Origin: Spirogloea muscicola
Taxonomy: Eukaryota
Direction of reading: 5' to 3'
NCBI GenBank assembly: GCA_009602725.1
Contig: WELB01000016.1
Coordinates: forward strand, 151,149-215,148
DNA length: 64,000 nucleotides
The notes under the pieces were generated by a model. It was not told where the DNA came from. It saw only the letters and a list, made by a program, of their open reading frames with translations, and ran no database searches. The stretch's first letter is position 1. Each line of letters starts with the position of its first letter. Position numbers and translations under genes: made by a program. This document shows, one piece after another, positions 1-12,769 of the stretch.

Positions 1-16
1 GGCGCCAGACCGGCGC

Positions 17-77
17 ATGGGTGGCACCGCGCTGCAGCGCCTGGAGGGCGCCGAGCAGGTCAGGGAGGCCGCCGCCG

Positions 78-108
<31 letters not shown>

Positions 109-895
109 TATCACATCGCGACTTGCCCGGAAGGACTGAAGCGCCTGCCAGCGGCGGCTGCGGCGGTTGCGGCGGCGGCCATGCAGAGCATCGTGCGGGC
201 CGTGGAGCTGGCAGCCGCCGTGCTGGAGGAGCTCGGCAGCGCGCGGGGCCCCCGCCAGGACGCCATCGCCGCCAACTGCGGGGCCTTCATGAAGGCCATG
301 AAGGTGTGCAGCCGCCACTGCCACTGCAGGTGTCGCCGCCCGTCTCAGCGTGACCCTGCAGCGCCGCCACCGGCTCGCGCGCCGCCTCTCTGCAGCTCGT
401 TGGTCACGCCGTCATCTGCAGCTTGCGCTGCCTGCCGGGCTCTATGGCTGTCGCTCAGGCCCACCTGCTCCTGCTGCGGCGGCCATGTGGGCACAGCACT
501 ACTGAATGATATCCAGAGTGTCAGGTCTAGGCTCAAGGATCAGGGGACTCCCAGCAGTTCGTCTCTGGCAGCATGACTGCCCGTGTGCTGCTTGCTGCGT
601 CATGGAAAGCGCCAATGGTGCACGCAAGCAGAGCAGCAGGCGGTGTGCCGCAGCACCCAAGACGTCAGAGAGCTTGTTGAGGTTTAGCGTTCATTGATCT
701 TATGGCAGCCTCACGCATCTCCAGGAGGTCCAGACAACATTGCAGGAGGAGATAGCCAGCGTCTGCGAGCAGCGGCCATACGAGAACAGTGACTACCTGG
801 CGCGATGCCGGGCTGATATCCAGGCGCAGAAGGTGGACTGCGTCCTGCGGCTGCTTCAAGAGATGCAAGACTTTGCACCCGCTCCAGTCTCTTAG
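17..895 (+). CDS. MED11: Mediator subunit 11 (exons 17-58, 187-303, 725-895)
   Basis: Spliced translation MGGTALQRLEGAEQ/SIVRAVELAAAVLEELGSARGPRQDAIAANCGAFMKAMK/EVQTTLQEEIASVCEQRPYENSDYLARCRADIQAQKVDCVLRLLQEM resembles plant MED11 (LQRL..VE.RIV..LELA...RP.E..DY). Introns are GT-AG and in frame. Confidence 0.85.
68..107. repeat. (GCC)n microsatellite in MED11 intron 1; similar tracts at 6405-6442, 12545-12595, 43728-43760 and 44690-44860
   Basis: Directly visible triplet runs. Confidence 0.85.
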
Positions 896-1048
896 TGACG
901 TACACTTGGTGTGCCCTATGAGGCCAGGCTACTCCACTAGGTAGCATGGATTTTGTTTGTCAACAAGTGCTAACTGCAGCTCAATGGAGCTGACAGGTGT
1001 AGAGAACTGTACAGGCATCCATACTATGGACCTCGGCGCATGCCAACA

Positions 1049-4000
1049 CTACGAATGAATAGGTGCTACTTGAGAAGACCTTGACGAGTAAAGGGTGCTG
1101 AGGCCATCTATGGCCAATGTCTCGCCGTCTTGCTGCCTGGACTTCGTTTGCTCTTCAATGGAGGTTGCTGACTTAGCTGCTAACTTAGCAGACCGTGCTG
1201 CAGCTGTAATGCCCGCCACTAACTCGGGCAAAGGCTCATCCTCAATAGCCAGAACAGCACCTCCACTGGCAATCCACTCGGCCAGCGGGGGCCCCTGGCT
1301 GACAATCCGGCCAAGATTCCAGGGGGCCATCTGGAATGGCGCATCAAGAGCTGCAAGCAGAGACAGCACAGCCTTGCGCACCGGTATGTGCTGGATCTCG
1401 CTCTTGCTAGGCCCCTGCTCACCCCACCTGGAGAACAGGAAGCAGTCTCATCAACCGATGCAAGCAAGTCCAGGTCCTCTTCCTGGTCCTCATCATTTGC
1501 ACACTGGCAATGCAAACGCGACTGCCCGGCTTGATGGCATACTGAGGACCTGCCATATGCCCGACATTTCACGCACTTGTACAGTACTCCCTGCATTGCA
1601 TGGCATTTCGGTGAAGTTCTGAGCCACGTCAAAGTGTGGCACAACGCATGCTCGCAAAGCTATGACGGGGAAACAAGCTGAGGCCTACTTGGTGATGATG
1701 CCAAAGAGCCGAGGCAGCTCCTCGCCAAGCTCCACGGCAGCTTGGACGTCTGCTAGCCAGCTCAGGAGCACTGTAAGTGCTGCACCTGCAGATGTCCTGA
1801 ATACCAGCACAAGGACTGACTCTCAGCTTCCAAATGAGCACTGTCTCACCAGCAGTGAAGAGTGTCCAACTGCCTGCAGCGAACTTCTATGAAGTACTTA
1901 ACAAGCAAAGCCACAGCACAGGTAAAGCCATAAACATTCCATGCCTAGCAAGGCGCATGTTGTTCAACAAGTTGGGAGGCTCCAAGACCAACGACACCAA
2001 CCTGTGAACATCTATGGACCACATCAACCGACTCCGTCGGATGGTAATTGGCGAGATGCCCCTTGCTTGAGCCGCCAAGTGGAACTGGGCGGCTCTGCGC
2101 TTCTGGCCAAAGTACCAGAGAGCTTCCAAGAAGGCATCATATACAACCAGCGCGTCAGCAATGCCCTCCATCTGCGCCCGGACGAACAAGCACTCTTGAA
2201 GTTGTACCCTTGCCGGAGGATACGTCGAGACTCTGAGAATGAGGTTTATGCACAGTCACTTGCACACATAGCACCTAGAAGACCCATCTGTGTTGCAAAG
2301 GACACAAAGCCAGCAGCCAATAGATGGCAGCCTGTCTGCTGGACCAGGAATGGTTGCAGCCCTCACCTTGACTTGGTCCAGGAAGAACTCCACCTGCTGC
2401 CACGCGTTTCGGTCGTCAAACTCCCCAAGTAGTAGGCCCTTGAGGATACGGTGCGACTCAGTCGACCTCGCTCCTTCCATCTCGTCCAGTATGCGCTTGG
2501 CATCACCCCAGCTGGGCAGCAAGGCATCAAAGACCACAATCTGCTGAGATAGTCTGACTTATAGCACCAGCTGAGACTCAGCTTGCAAGCCAGAAAAACG
2601 CGGCCTGAGATTTGTAGATAATTACAGCATCTCAAAAGAGGCGACATTTCCATATCTCATCTACTCAAGTTTAGGCCAAAGCAGTGAGGCGTGGCGTACA
2701 CACCGGCTTCTGCGAGCACAAATTGACAGGAGCAGCGCATAGGCAACCGCATCGGGCAGAAAGCCAGCCGCTTGCATCTCCAGGTACTGCGCCCTTGCCT
2801 CGTCAAAGTGGCCGGATAAGCAGTAAACAGCCAATAGCGCTGCATTCGTCTGCTCGTTGGGCGCCCGTTTCACCTCCTGCATGTCCTGCTCAAGCAGATC
2901 AAAGAAGAACAACACTCAACTCAGCCACTGCACATCATCCTTTCCAAGTGGCATCCAAGAGTGTTATAGTCGTACTGCACACTCAGTCCGCCCCCCCCCC
3001 GTCTTATAAGATGCCAAGAAGTGCAAAGTGAGGAATGATGATAGTAGATCGAGGAGCACTTTCGCACCCTGAAGACTTCAATAGCTTCATCATACTGGCC
3101 ACCTTTGCCAAAAGCTTGAATGAGGGAGTTGAAGGTCCAAACATTGGGAACAAAACCAGCGTCATGCATAGCAAAAACCACAGCCCCCGCCTCATCATAC
3201 AGGCCCCCGCGAGCATAAAGCTCAAGCAGGGCATTGTAAGTCTCCTGCATATGGAGGCCACACTTGTGACATTCATCAGGCAGCTGCCTCGCGCCTGAGG
3301 CCATTTGCTATAAATAGTTGCAAATCATCAATAGTATCATCAACGCTATCAGCTATCATCTGGTGGGCATATCAAGACTCATGCATTGATGCTCAAGCCT
3401 ACATATTGTGACATGCGGAGCTGGCCACAGCAGTGTCCCACTGCTCAAGCGCTTTGCTAAGTAGGAGGTGGAACCTGATCAGGGGTGCAACCCGCCTCCT
3501 GCATGCCCTGGAATGCTCCCATGGCCTCCTCGTACAGTGCAGCCGCACCGTAGGCCCGGATGATGCCAATGAACATCTCTGATGTCGGCACAACCTCACT
3601 CTGACGCAGGGATCTGCATGAGGATATGCAAAGCTTAGGGTTCTTGCTTGGAAACAACTCCACCACATCAAATTTTGAGAAGTCGGATCCGAGCCCCTAG
3701 CAGCTAGCCAGAAGACATCCTTAAGATCCACCGTAGACTCAAAGCGGCTTGCTGCAGCTGGGCACCTTCCAGCAAGCTCTAAGCGCTAGCACACACTTGG
3801 GGTCCGACCATTCGAAGAGCTGGACTTGCTAGTAGATTCATGCACTCGAAGAGCTGGACTTGCTAGTAGAGTCAAAGTGGGCAAGATTTAGGGGTCAGGA
3901 ATCAGATCCATTCAAGTTTTGGAACTAGATATAAACAGGTCTTGCCATCCTTAGCATCTGAGGTATCTTAGACATCCTTGAGCTGGGGCGAGAGCGCTGA

Positions 4001-6260
4001 CCTGTAGATGCGCATGGAATCCTCATGCAGGCCACCGCGGCCGCAGGCATAGAAGAGACTTGCATATGTGAGAGCGTCGGGCACAACGCCGGCAGCCACC
4101 ATGTCGTCAAACAGGCCCACTGCCTCGAGGCAGAATCCACCGTGCCCGAACACGCCCATCAGCGTGTTGTAAGTGACCAGGTTGGGCGTGATTCCGCTGG
4201 CCTTCATATCCCGAAACAGGCCGTGCACTTTGTCGTACTGCCCGTGCTTCCCGTATGCATCCAGCAGCGTGCTGTATGTGACAACATTTGGCGTCAAGCC
4301 CGCATCCTGCATCGCTGCAAAGGTCTGCACAGATGCAAGCAGGCGGAGACAAGCCATCAGGAGTTGCCGTGGCACCCGCACTTGTGGCTGCCCAATTGCT
4401 TCACCGGCTTTGGAGGCTGGGGCTCATGCAAAGCTCAGTAAAACTATCTACGCGAGCACTGACCGTCCACCCTACCTTGCCAGCCTCGAGATACAGGCCC
4501 TGCTTGCCGTAGGAGTCGATCAGGATGTTATACGCAGCAACATCCGGGAGGGTGCCGACTGCACAGTCGCGCATCGTGGACTTAGTCAGACAATCTGTGC
4601 CTGCTGCCCTCTGTGATGGCACTTAGCACAGGTCCTGGCGTGCCAGTAGCACTTTTGCAAGGTGGGATGACTCACGAGCGACCATCTCAGACAGCAGCTC
4701 TGCAACGCCGCCGAGGCGGCGGGCATCGGCATACGGCTCCACGAGCGTCGTGTATGTGACGAGGTCGGGTGACACGCCAGCCTCAAGCATTGTGCGGAAC
4801 ACCATGCCAGCGCCGTCCACCAGACCCCGAGCTGCGCACGCCCCAAGCAGCGTGTTGTATGTGATGATGTCCGGCTGCAAAGGCACGCAGGGGATAATCA
4901 CGGCAGCTCAGCGCAGGCGCACTGGCAGTTCGACGCTTCCACGTACTCACCACCATCCTCTACCACCACCAATGATCCTACAACGTGCAACTTGTAAGCA
5001 GAACCTTGGAATGCATCCTGCATATTGACCCTAGTCCTGACCTTACATGTAGCAAAGACCTGCACGTGCTGGCAAACACGGACAGGTGGTTACCTGGATG
5101 CCCTCGTGACGCATCTGGGCAAAGAGGTCAAGCAGGCCCTCCCAGTCGAGGCCACCCTTGGCGCAGGCGTTGAGCACTGTATTATATGTGATCAGGTTTG
5201 GCGCCACTCGCTCGTGCTTCATCCGCGCTAGCAAGTCCAGCGACCAGTCATACTGCACAGATGGAAGGACTCTGTAAGGCGCCCCTTTTAGGAAGCAGGG
5301 GCGTGAGCTCGCAGAGCCTGCAGAGGAAGGCATACACACACACTGGTAAGCGCGAGGGGTAGAGAGGGCTGCCGCTGACCAGGCCATTGCGTCCGTAGGC
5401 GTTGATGAGCGCGGTGAAGGAGTAGACATTCCAGGGGACGCCGGAGCGCGGCATGTCCTCAAACAGCTCTGACGCCTTGTCCACAAGCCCATCTCGACCC
5501 ATGATGCCAATCATAATTGTGTACACGTGCTCGTTTGGCTTGCACCACTGCTGTCGCTGCGCAGCTCCTCCCCCACAGCCAAATTGGTGGGCAAAGTGAG
5601 CTTCACTGCAGCTCCTCAAAATGCCCAGCAGCAGCAGCGAGCACCAAGTATCCTGAAGCTCAATGCTATCCACTCCAACAAGGCAAAAGTACTGTCGAAC
5701 TTGAGGCAGCTTTATTAAGAATGTGGCTGATCTGCAACAGAGAGCGTCTCACCTGCATGTACTTGAAGAGGCGGAGAGCGCGCTGCGAGTCGCCGCGCTG
5801 AGCAAACTCCCGGAATATCAAAGAAAAGTCCTGCAAATGTGGGCGGCGGGGACGAAGTCGTGAGGCAGTCTATGCAGCTCAAGGCGGCCACTGGCGACAT
5901 TCGCACGGCTCGTCGCACGCGCCAGCAGTGGCGGCTGCTGAGACGTGGCTACACCACCCTCAGGCCTCAAATCCAGGGTGCGACATCTCAGGCTTAAATC
6001 CCAGAGACCCAAAACCCTTGCCGCTGGCCCAGGCGTGGCGGGGCCGCTGGGGTTTCCCACCTGGAGCGTGAGGCGATGGCGGTACGACTCCATGCAGCGC
6101 GAGATGGAGCCGCGCGGCGCCAGCGACGACAGCTGGTTGATCACCGCCTCCACATCGAAGCTGTACTTGCCGCGCTCCACCTCCGGCGCGTCCGGCTGCG
6201 GCGGCGCCGCCTGCCGCGCCCTGCCGTTGTGCCCGCCGCCGCCGCCGCCGCGACGGACGG
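1049..6260 (-). CDS. PTAC2: Plastid PPR-SMR protein pTAC2 (multi-exon; start probably in N-gap 6261-6377)
   Basis: Exons encode VERGKYSFDVEAVINQLSSLAPRGSISRC, RALRLFKYMQ/RQQWCKPNEHVYTIMI, many P-type PPR repeats (GGLDWEGLLDLFAQMRHEGIQPDIITYNTLL) and a C-terminal SMR region (LMWSIDVHR...WNLGRI). This is colinear with plant pTAC2. Confidence 0.92.
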
Positions 6261-6409
6261 NNNNNNNNNNNNNNNNNNNNNNNNNNNNNNNNNNNNNNNN
6301 NNNNNNNNNNNNNNNNNNNNNNNNNNNNNNNNNNNNNNNNNNNNNNNNNNNNNNNNNNNNNNNNNNNNNNNNNNNNNGGCCCAGGCGGCGGATGCCGCGA
6401 AGCGCGGCA

Positions 6410-6443
<34 letters not shown>

Positions 6444-6509
6444 ACACGGCGAGTTCGCCACGCGCCGAGTGGGCTGCAGCAAGCTGCTGCCGTCGCTGTA
6501 CGCAGGGAA

Positions 6510-7280
6510 GCCAAAAGAAGAAGTGGCTCTCCCAATGGGGGCAAGGGCTGTGAGAAGGCAGCCCGAAAAGAGTTGACAAGGTTCGAAGGGGCCAAAGTAC
6601 GAGCTAAAAGAGAGAGAAGCGGCTGCTGATATTAAAAGAGCGGCTGCTGAGCTAAGCAGCGACTGCGGGGCCTGAAGAGGCTGTGGCAGAACGGGGGAGG
6701 ATGGACCACTCAGTAGTTACGAGAAGCCAAAAGACCCCAAGAAGCCAAAACCCCCCCGTTTCCCTTCCAAGGGGACGTGGATTTGGAGTCTTTTCCTGTA
6801 TCTCCGCCTGTGGCTCCGCTACCCTAGTCGTGAACACCGACTGCATGGACCAGGCTGGCTTCTTCAGCCGCTCTCGAATATCAGCAGCCACATTCTTTCC
6901 CCGAAAGGAGTAGCCAAAAGGGGGCCGAGGGCGGTGAAAAGCCAGCCCAGAGAACTGGACACGGAAGAAAGACTCTTCACCCGGAGAGGGCGATGGCGAA
7001 TGGACAATGGCCCAGACTCCCTTTCGGAAGGCGTTCTTCTTCGTAGGCATCTCCTTGGCTCTCTGGATTTCATCCATTTCTTTTCGGGCTGGCCTCTGCC
7101 AGCCCTTCTTCTCTATGGGCGCGCACTTTCTTCCTCTTCATTGCCAGCCCCTCTTCTCTAAGGGCGAGCCATTCTCTCTTTGCCCATGCCTCACGTTGCT
7201 GTCCTGTTGTTGGTCTTACACACAGGGTACTGACTTGCTTGGCTAGCCTTCATTTCATGCGCACACTGCGCCTTCCTAAA
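6510..7280. repeat. Cluster of short dispersed repeats (5'-truncated CRE-like 3' ends) upstream of pTAC2
   Basis: 6516-6720 is near-identical to 50128-50285 apart from a 48-bp insertion. It has several GGCTG-N8-CAGCC cores and a '...LHTGY*' tip at 7216-7233. Confidence 0.75.
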
Positions 7281-7715
7281 CCCCTTCTCTGACGTCCTGA
7301 AGCCCACAGTGATGACGGACATGGTGGCTCCCTCCTCCCACCGGACAATGGAGGCTGTCCAGTGGGCGGGCCCTGTGGGCATCGCCAACTGCTGAAGACC
7401 ACACCACGTATGCCCCACTTGCGCAACTGCTACTTCCCCCTGACCGTCTACAGAAATTTGTGTATTCGTGAAAGTTCGTGCAATTGCGCACTGTTGCCAT
7501 GAGCCATCGACGCCTCTGCAGGGAGGCCAAGTCCTTATTTGAGTCGAATCTGGCCACGGCATGTTGTCTCATCGCAGCATCAGCCTGCCCTCTCCTACTT
7601 CAAGAGACGCAGACCATTCATACACGAAGGCAGCTGCAGTAAGGGCGCATGTTGCAAAGCCCGTCCCTGCAGCCAGCCAATAACAATATCACAACGTACT
7701 GCGACCACACATCGA

Positions 7716-10700
7716 TCAAAATCGAACGGATCCACCAGAGCGTGCATAGCTGCGGTTGGCACGCCCACCATGGTGGCCGCCGCGACCACCCCTTCCTCTG
7801 CCACGGCTTCCAGAAGCGCCCCCCGAGCCTGGCGTAGACTTGAACTTCAGTGGCACGATGGGCAGCGGATAACCACCGGCGCCAATGTTGTGTTGCTCCT
7901 GCTCCACCGGCAACAGCTTGTGTGGGTTGTTTCGTAGTGCTGGCGGAACCCCCTTGAGCTCCGGTATCCAGTGAGCAACATACTCCCCCTTAGGATCGTA
8001 GTTATGCGCCTATTGTCACCATGACAACCCACCACCACCAAGTTTGTGAGAGTATGCAACCAAGCAAGCACCGTGCTTGAAAGCAGTAACTTCAAGAGGT
8101 GGCTTGAAGAGGAGCGTCATCTTGCAGCAACTATGGCAGCCAAGTCGTTGGCAATGCCAGCTAAACGGCACCATGACACTTCCTTGTTGCAAGACAAGGT
8201 ACCTGCTTGGGTATGCTGAAGTACCGGTCTTCTCTTGGATCATTCCCCACACCTGCAAGTGGTTAAAGAAATGAGACTTGCGGCAGGAAGCAACGGTCAT
8301 GCAATGAGCCAGTAAATTCAGTCAGGAAGAAGCCTGCAGCAGACAAAGGCAGCCTGAAATACGACTTCACAGACGTGCTCCAACCTCTTGACTGCAATTC
8401 AACAATTGCAGCAGATGTGGCAAAGTCATGAATCATACCTGCTCCATATGTCCAATTGCCATAATTTGAGCAAGGATCATAGTCCAAGAGGCATGTTTCG
8501 AACCACTCAGCACCCATCCGCCAATCCATGCCCATGTCCCTCACGAAGAATGAGCAGACAATCTGCACATTGCCAATCCTGTAAGTATCACATAAGGTCT
8601 CCTTCTAAGCACTCTGACATCAGCCATTGGCCACATTGTTGTGCCAGAAGCTGGTGAAGCTCTAACACAACGTACCAGAGAGCCAGAGAACTAACAAGCA
8701 GACCACCAAGTGGCAGACAAACAAGCTTGCCCTCAGATAGGCAGACGCAGCTGGCATGTTTTCTGGCCAACTGACCTGGCGGCCTCTGTTTGACATGTAC
8801 CCTGTGGCGGAAAGCTCGCGCATGTTTGCATCCACCAGTGGATACCTGAGCACAGGAAGACATCCCCCAGAATTGCTTGAAGGCAGATGATATGTTACTC
8901 GACAGAAGTGTGCAGAAACAAGAAGTTGAAAATAACTAGTGGTATGAGCTCCTTATTGCCAGTCAAGCTATTACAACAAGAGGTAGGTCTGCTATGACTG
9001 CTTAAATTTCATGAAGATTAAGTAATTCATATAGAATGTGAATCTTTGGACTGGAGCAATCTCTTGACTCCAATTGCTAAAGAAAGAAGAGGGCCTAGGC
9101 CCATACCCAGTGCGACCTTCCTTCCATGCCTCAAAGAGGGCAGGGTCACGGCTCCAACTTAACCCCTTCACTGACCTTGGGCCAGCTGTCACAGAGGGCA
9201 GCCATATAGGTGAATTAAGGGATTTATTACGAATGCTGCCAGACAATCTTGCTGCATCAGCCGATAACATGGATCCTCAATCTGGATATATGGCGAGCAA
9301 TGCGCAGAGATTCCAGTAAATCACATTCTCTGTGCTTGCAAGCAGCATGCAAGCAGACAACTTCACTAAACAAGGACACATGTAACTGCAAACACGTACT
9401 TAAAAGCGCGTGCTACCTGCCTCTTTGCTAAGCACAAGTATAACGATTACAATCAGGAATACCTAAATGGAAGAGCGAGTTGCCGTACTTCAGAGCAACA
9501 AACCGAAAGTAGTCTCGCCAGATTAGCTCAAACAGAACCCTGGTTTCAGCAAGCACAAGAATGAGAGCAATATGCAAGCAAATTGAGAAGGTGCTGCTTA
9601 TTTACCAAGCCTTCAAATAATACGGTCTTGACTTGAAGAAGGGCACCTGACGCAGGACATTGACATGCTGGCAAAATGCTGCAGGACCAAGCAAGAACAT
9701 TGGAATGCTGGTATTCACCAGTTCCAGATCCACTACAAAAAGCCTGGATGGTGCTTTTACCAGTAAGTGGAATCATTCGCAACTCTTTGGGATTCGTACC
9801 GCTTGACCTGCCAGACCATATTACCAGACATCATTGAACTTTCATATTGAGCAAATACTGATTCTTTGGCCTTCAGTCTATCCCCCAACCCCCACCCCAC
9901 ATCCGCCCCTCTCCCCCCAAAGTAAGCCAATACATGGACTTGCTAGTAAATAATGACATGCAATGCATCACAGTCAGCTGTGAGTAGCATGAACCAATGA
10001 TGGAAAAGGAGTGGTCTAAGTGAGCCCACAAGGAACTCTACGTCATATCTGAGTTGCAGCAACACATGTGAATTGGACAAAGGCAGAACAAGTCATACCT
10101 CTTCGTATATGAAGCGAGGGGACAAGCAACCAGCCGCAAGCCACGGCGAAAACTTGGTCGAATAATCAGCCCCAAGCATCCCATTGCGTGTATGCTTGTA
10201 TTCTCTGATGCAATCCTACAAGCACCAATTGCACAGACCACTTCAACAAGGCACGTCAACTCAGCCCTATGGCTGCTCAGCATCTAAACAGGAACCATCA
10301 ACCAGAAGTACGATATGCTGAGATCTAGACAGTTTATCATCATGCCTGGAAGATGCTGTGTATTGCTTAGGTGCAGCATGCAGTAAGGTCCCTCACAGTA
10401 TCCCAAAAGTAATGCTTGAGGCGCTCAAGTGCGACTGTCTCCCCACCCACTATGTGCATGACACCTCTCTCGTCCTGACACATGTTGACTCGTGTCAGCT
10501 TCTGGGAAGTCTGTAAGTGCCACAGGAAGATATCATGCTTAGCTCGCAAGGATGTGTAGTGGAGCTTACATACTTGCTTACGAGGCTGAAGTCCCAATTC
10601 TTCCAACTTGGGCAGCTCACCCTTGCCTCCAATAGATTTCAAAATGTCGCCATCAGGCATAGGTGCAAGCTTCCCTGGCATAGCTATGGACTTCCGAACT

Positions 10701-12542
10701 TCACTCGATGACTCCACGGCCTTCAGGAATGAACGATAGCTTGGTGAACTTTGTAAGACGACCACAACCTGCCTGTAAGGCTGAGGTGCTGCTCAATTCA
10801 TTATATTCTGCTTATCCTCTCTACTAACTCCTACTTCAAGGGTACGCTTTTCTGTCAACACTCAGCCACTGAGTCTTTTCCAAAGAGCAGTCGTCATCCC
10901 TCAGCGCTGAAAGCCAATGTATCTGCAAGCATGCCAAAGTAAGAGCGTGCGGCAACTAACAAGAGGAGCACAGCACCAAAAGACGGTCTCACCTTCCTGA
11001 ACTGTGTGTACACATCAGGGGTCTGATTAACGGGAAATGGAAGGTCGTCCAGGTGGTACATTGTGTGCCCCCATACATATTCCAGCCTGACCCTGTGCTT
11101 CCTGCTCCCGTCAGCTGGAATGGTGGCAGCCTCATCCAGCCTCTCAATCTCACGAGCCACGCCCTTCTCCACCCTGATCTCCTCGTCGCAAGTCTCTCTC
11201 TGCACAAACACCTGGGGCCACATAACAAGCACCAAGTGACAGTAAGTGGAGGACAGGATCTGCATCTCTCCTGGACTCCCAGAGGACAGTCTCATATGCA
11301 AACCTTCGCATTTCTAATACCCAAAGTGTGCAACACGACATCAACATCAAAACTAATAATGCTTTGATAACCGCAGGGAGCCCCTTCTCTGCCTCAATCA
11401 GAAGGGTCAAAAAGCACAGTGCCCTACCGTGTGTGCTTTCAACGCGTGTGCAATTTTAGGAACAACTTCCTCCGGCTTCCCGAACCTGACAATCAAGTCC
11501 GAGCCTCTGGCCTGTAAGCTCGCTCTAAGGTCGGCCACACTGTCCAGCATAAATTGCGCCCTGAGTTCTGCGTCACAACAATTACAGACTGCTGCGTTAG
11601 TGCAGCTAGCTAGTAGATGGGTGGCGTGCGTGGTATTTTGCTTGGAAGAAATTTACATACTGAGTGCAACAGCGGTTTTCCAAAAAAACCCCTCGTCAGG
11701 AAAGCACGCAACTTTTTTACATAGCACAAACAAAACCCACCTCCAGTCTTTGGTAAGCCATAGGTGTACGTCTGGCCAAAAAACCGTGGGTCCAGGCAGT
11801 AGAGCGGCACAAGGACCTCCGTGCTCCTGTGAGCTCGTATGAGTGCCTCGTTGTCGTGCACGCGTAGGTCGTTACGGAACCACACCACCGCGATCCCAGC
11901 ACCCGCCCCGCCGCCATTGCTTGCCACTGGCAAGCCGGCGCGCACGGGCCTGACAGGCTGCTGCATTGCAGCAGGCGCTGCGGGCGGCCACCCACATTTT
12001 GCCGCAGGAGACCGAAGTCAGCTCGTCGCGAGGGGTAGTCACCAAAGCACTCGTAGCACGTCGTGAGCACGTGATTGAGTACCAGAACGAGCTCGCCAAA
12101 GGCACAAGATTCAGCTGCTGTGACATGCCAATTGCACACATGAGGGCTGAAGGTGCGGCGACGATCGGTGGGGGTCCAGACCGACGTCAATGACCATCTC
12201 CTCACCGGCGATGGCCCGACGGCCCCACAGAAAGCCAGTCGGCGGCGCTGCCACTGGCCGCCGGAGGCGCGCGCCCCTGACGAGGAAGCTGCTCCAACCG
12301 GCGCCGCACGCCAGCGAATTCAGCTCCCTGCTCCGGCGGGCGACGGGGCGGCCTCAACTCAAGCGGCGGATCAGCAAGGCGGGCTGACGGCGATCGAGCG
12401 CCAGCGCCGCGGCGGCGCTTTGCAGCCACGTCTCGGGCGCGCTCAGCCCCAGCGGCACTGTAGTTGGCGGGCTTTATGCGAGCTCGCGCAGCAAGAGCTG
12501 AGCATCGTCACCTGCGAAAGGCGGAGGGGCTTTGGGGCGAGC

Positions 12543-12579
<37 letters not shown>

Positions 12580-12606
12580 TGCGGCGGCGGCGGCGATGGC
12601 GGGCAT
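7716..12606 (-). CDS. CRYD: Cryptochrome DASH (CRY3-like) with putative organellar transit peptide
   Basis: Exons encode [30 protein letters not shown]...[113 protein letters not shown]. The last exon is 8009-7716. The 5' exons (12606-12512, ~12328-12207) join in frame but are less certain. Confidence 0.93.
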
Positions 12607-12769
12607 GCGGGGCCGACGTGGTCGTGTGGCTGGCTAGCGCGCGGAGGACAGGCGTGAATTGGAGCTCCGGGAGGGCCAGAGCGGCCAAGTACGGAGGCCA
12701 GCAGGTCCCCAGTTCTGAAACATCGGCGCGCTTCCCGACTCCTTGCATTCTTTATTTACTTCGATGTTT

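Noticed and set aside
3812..3870. 25-bp tandem duplication in a pTAC2 intron (likewise ~52 bp at 33403-33506 and a ~70-bp direct repeat at 30810/31435)
   Set aside because: Ordinary local duplications with no further structure.
6620..6650. Hammerhead ribozyme/retrozyme in the ctgatatt(g/a)aaa module
   Set aside because: It lacks the CUGANGA core and a stem II between CUGA and GAAA.
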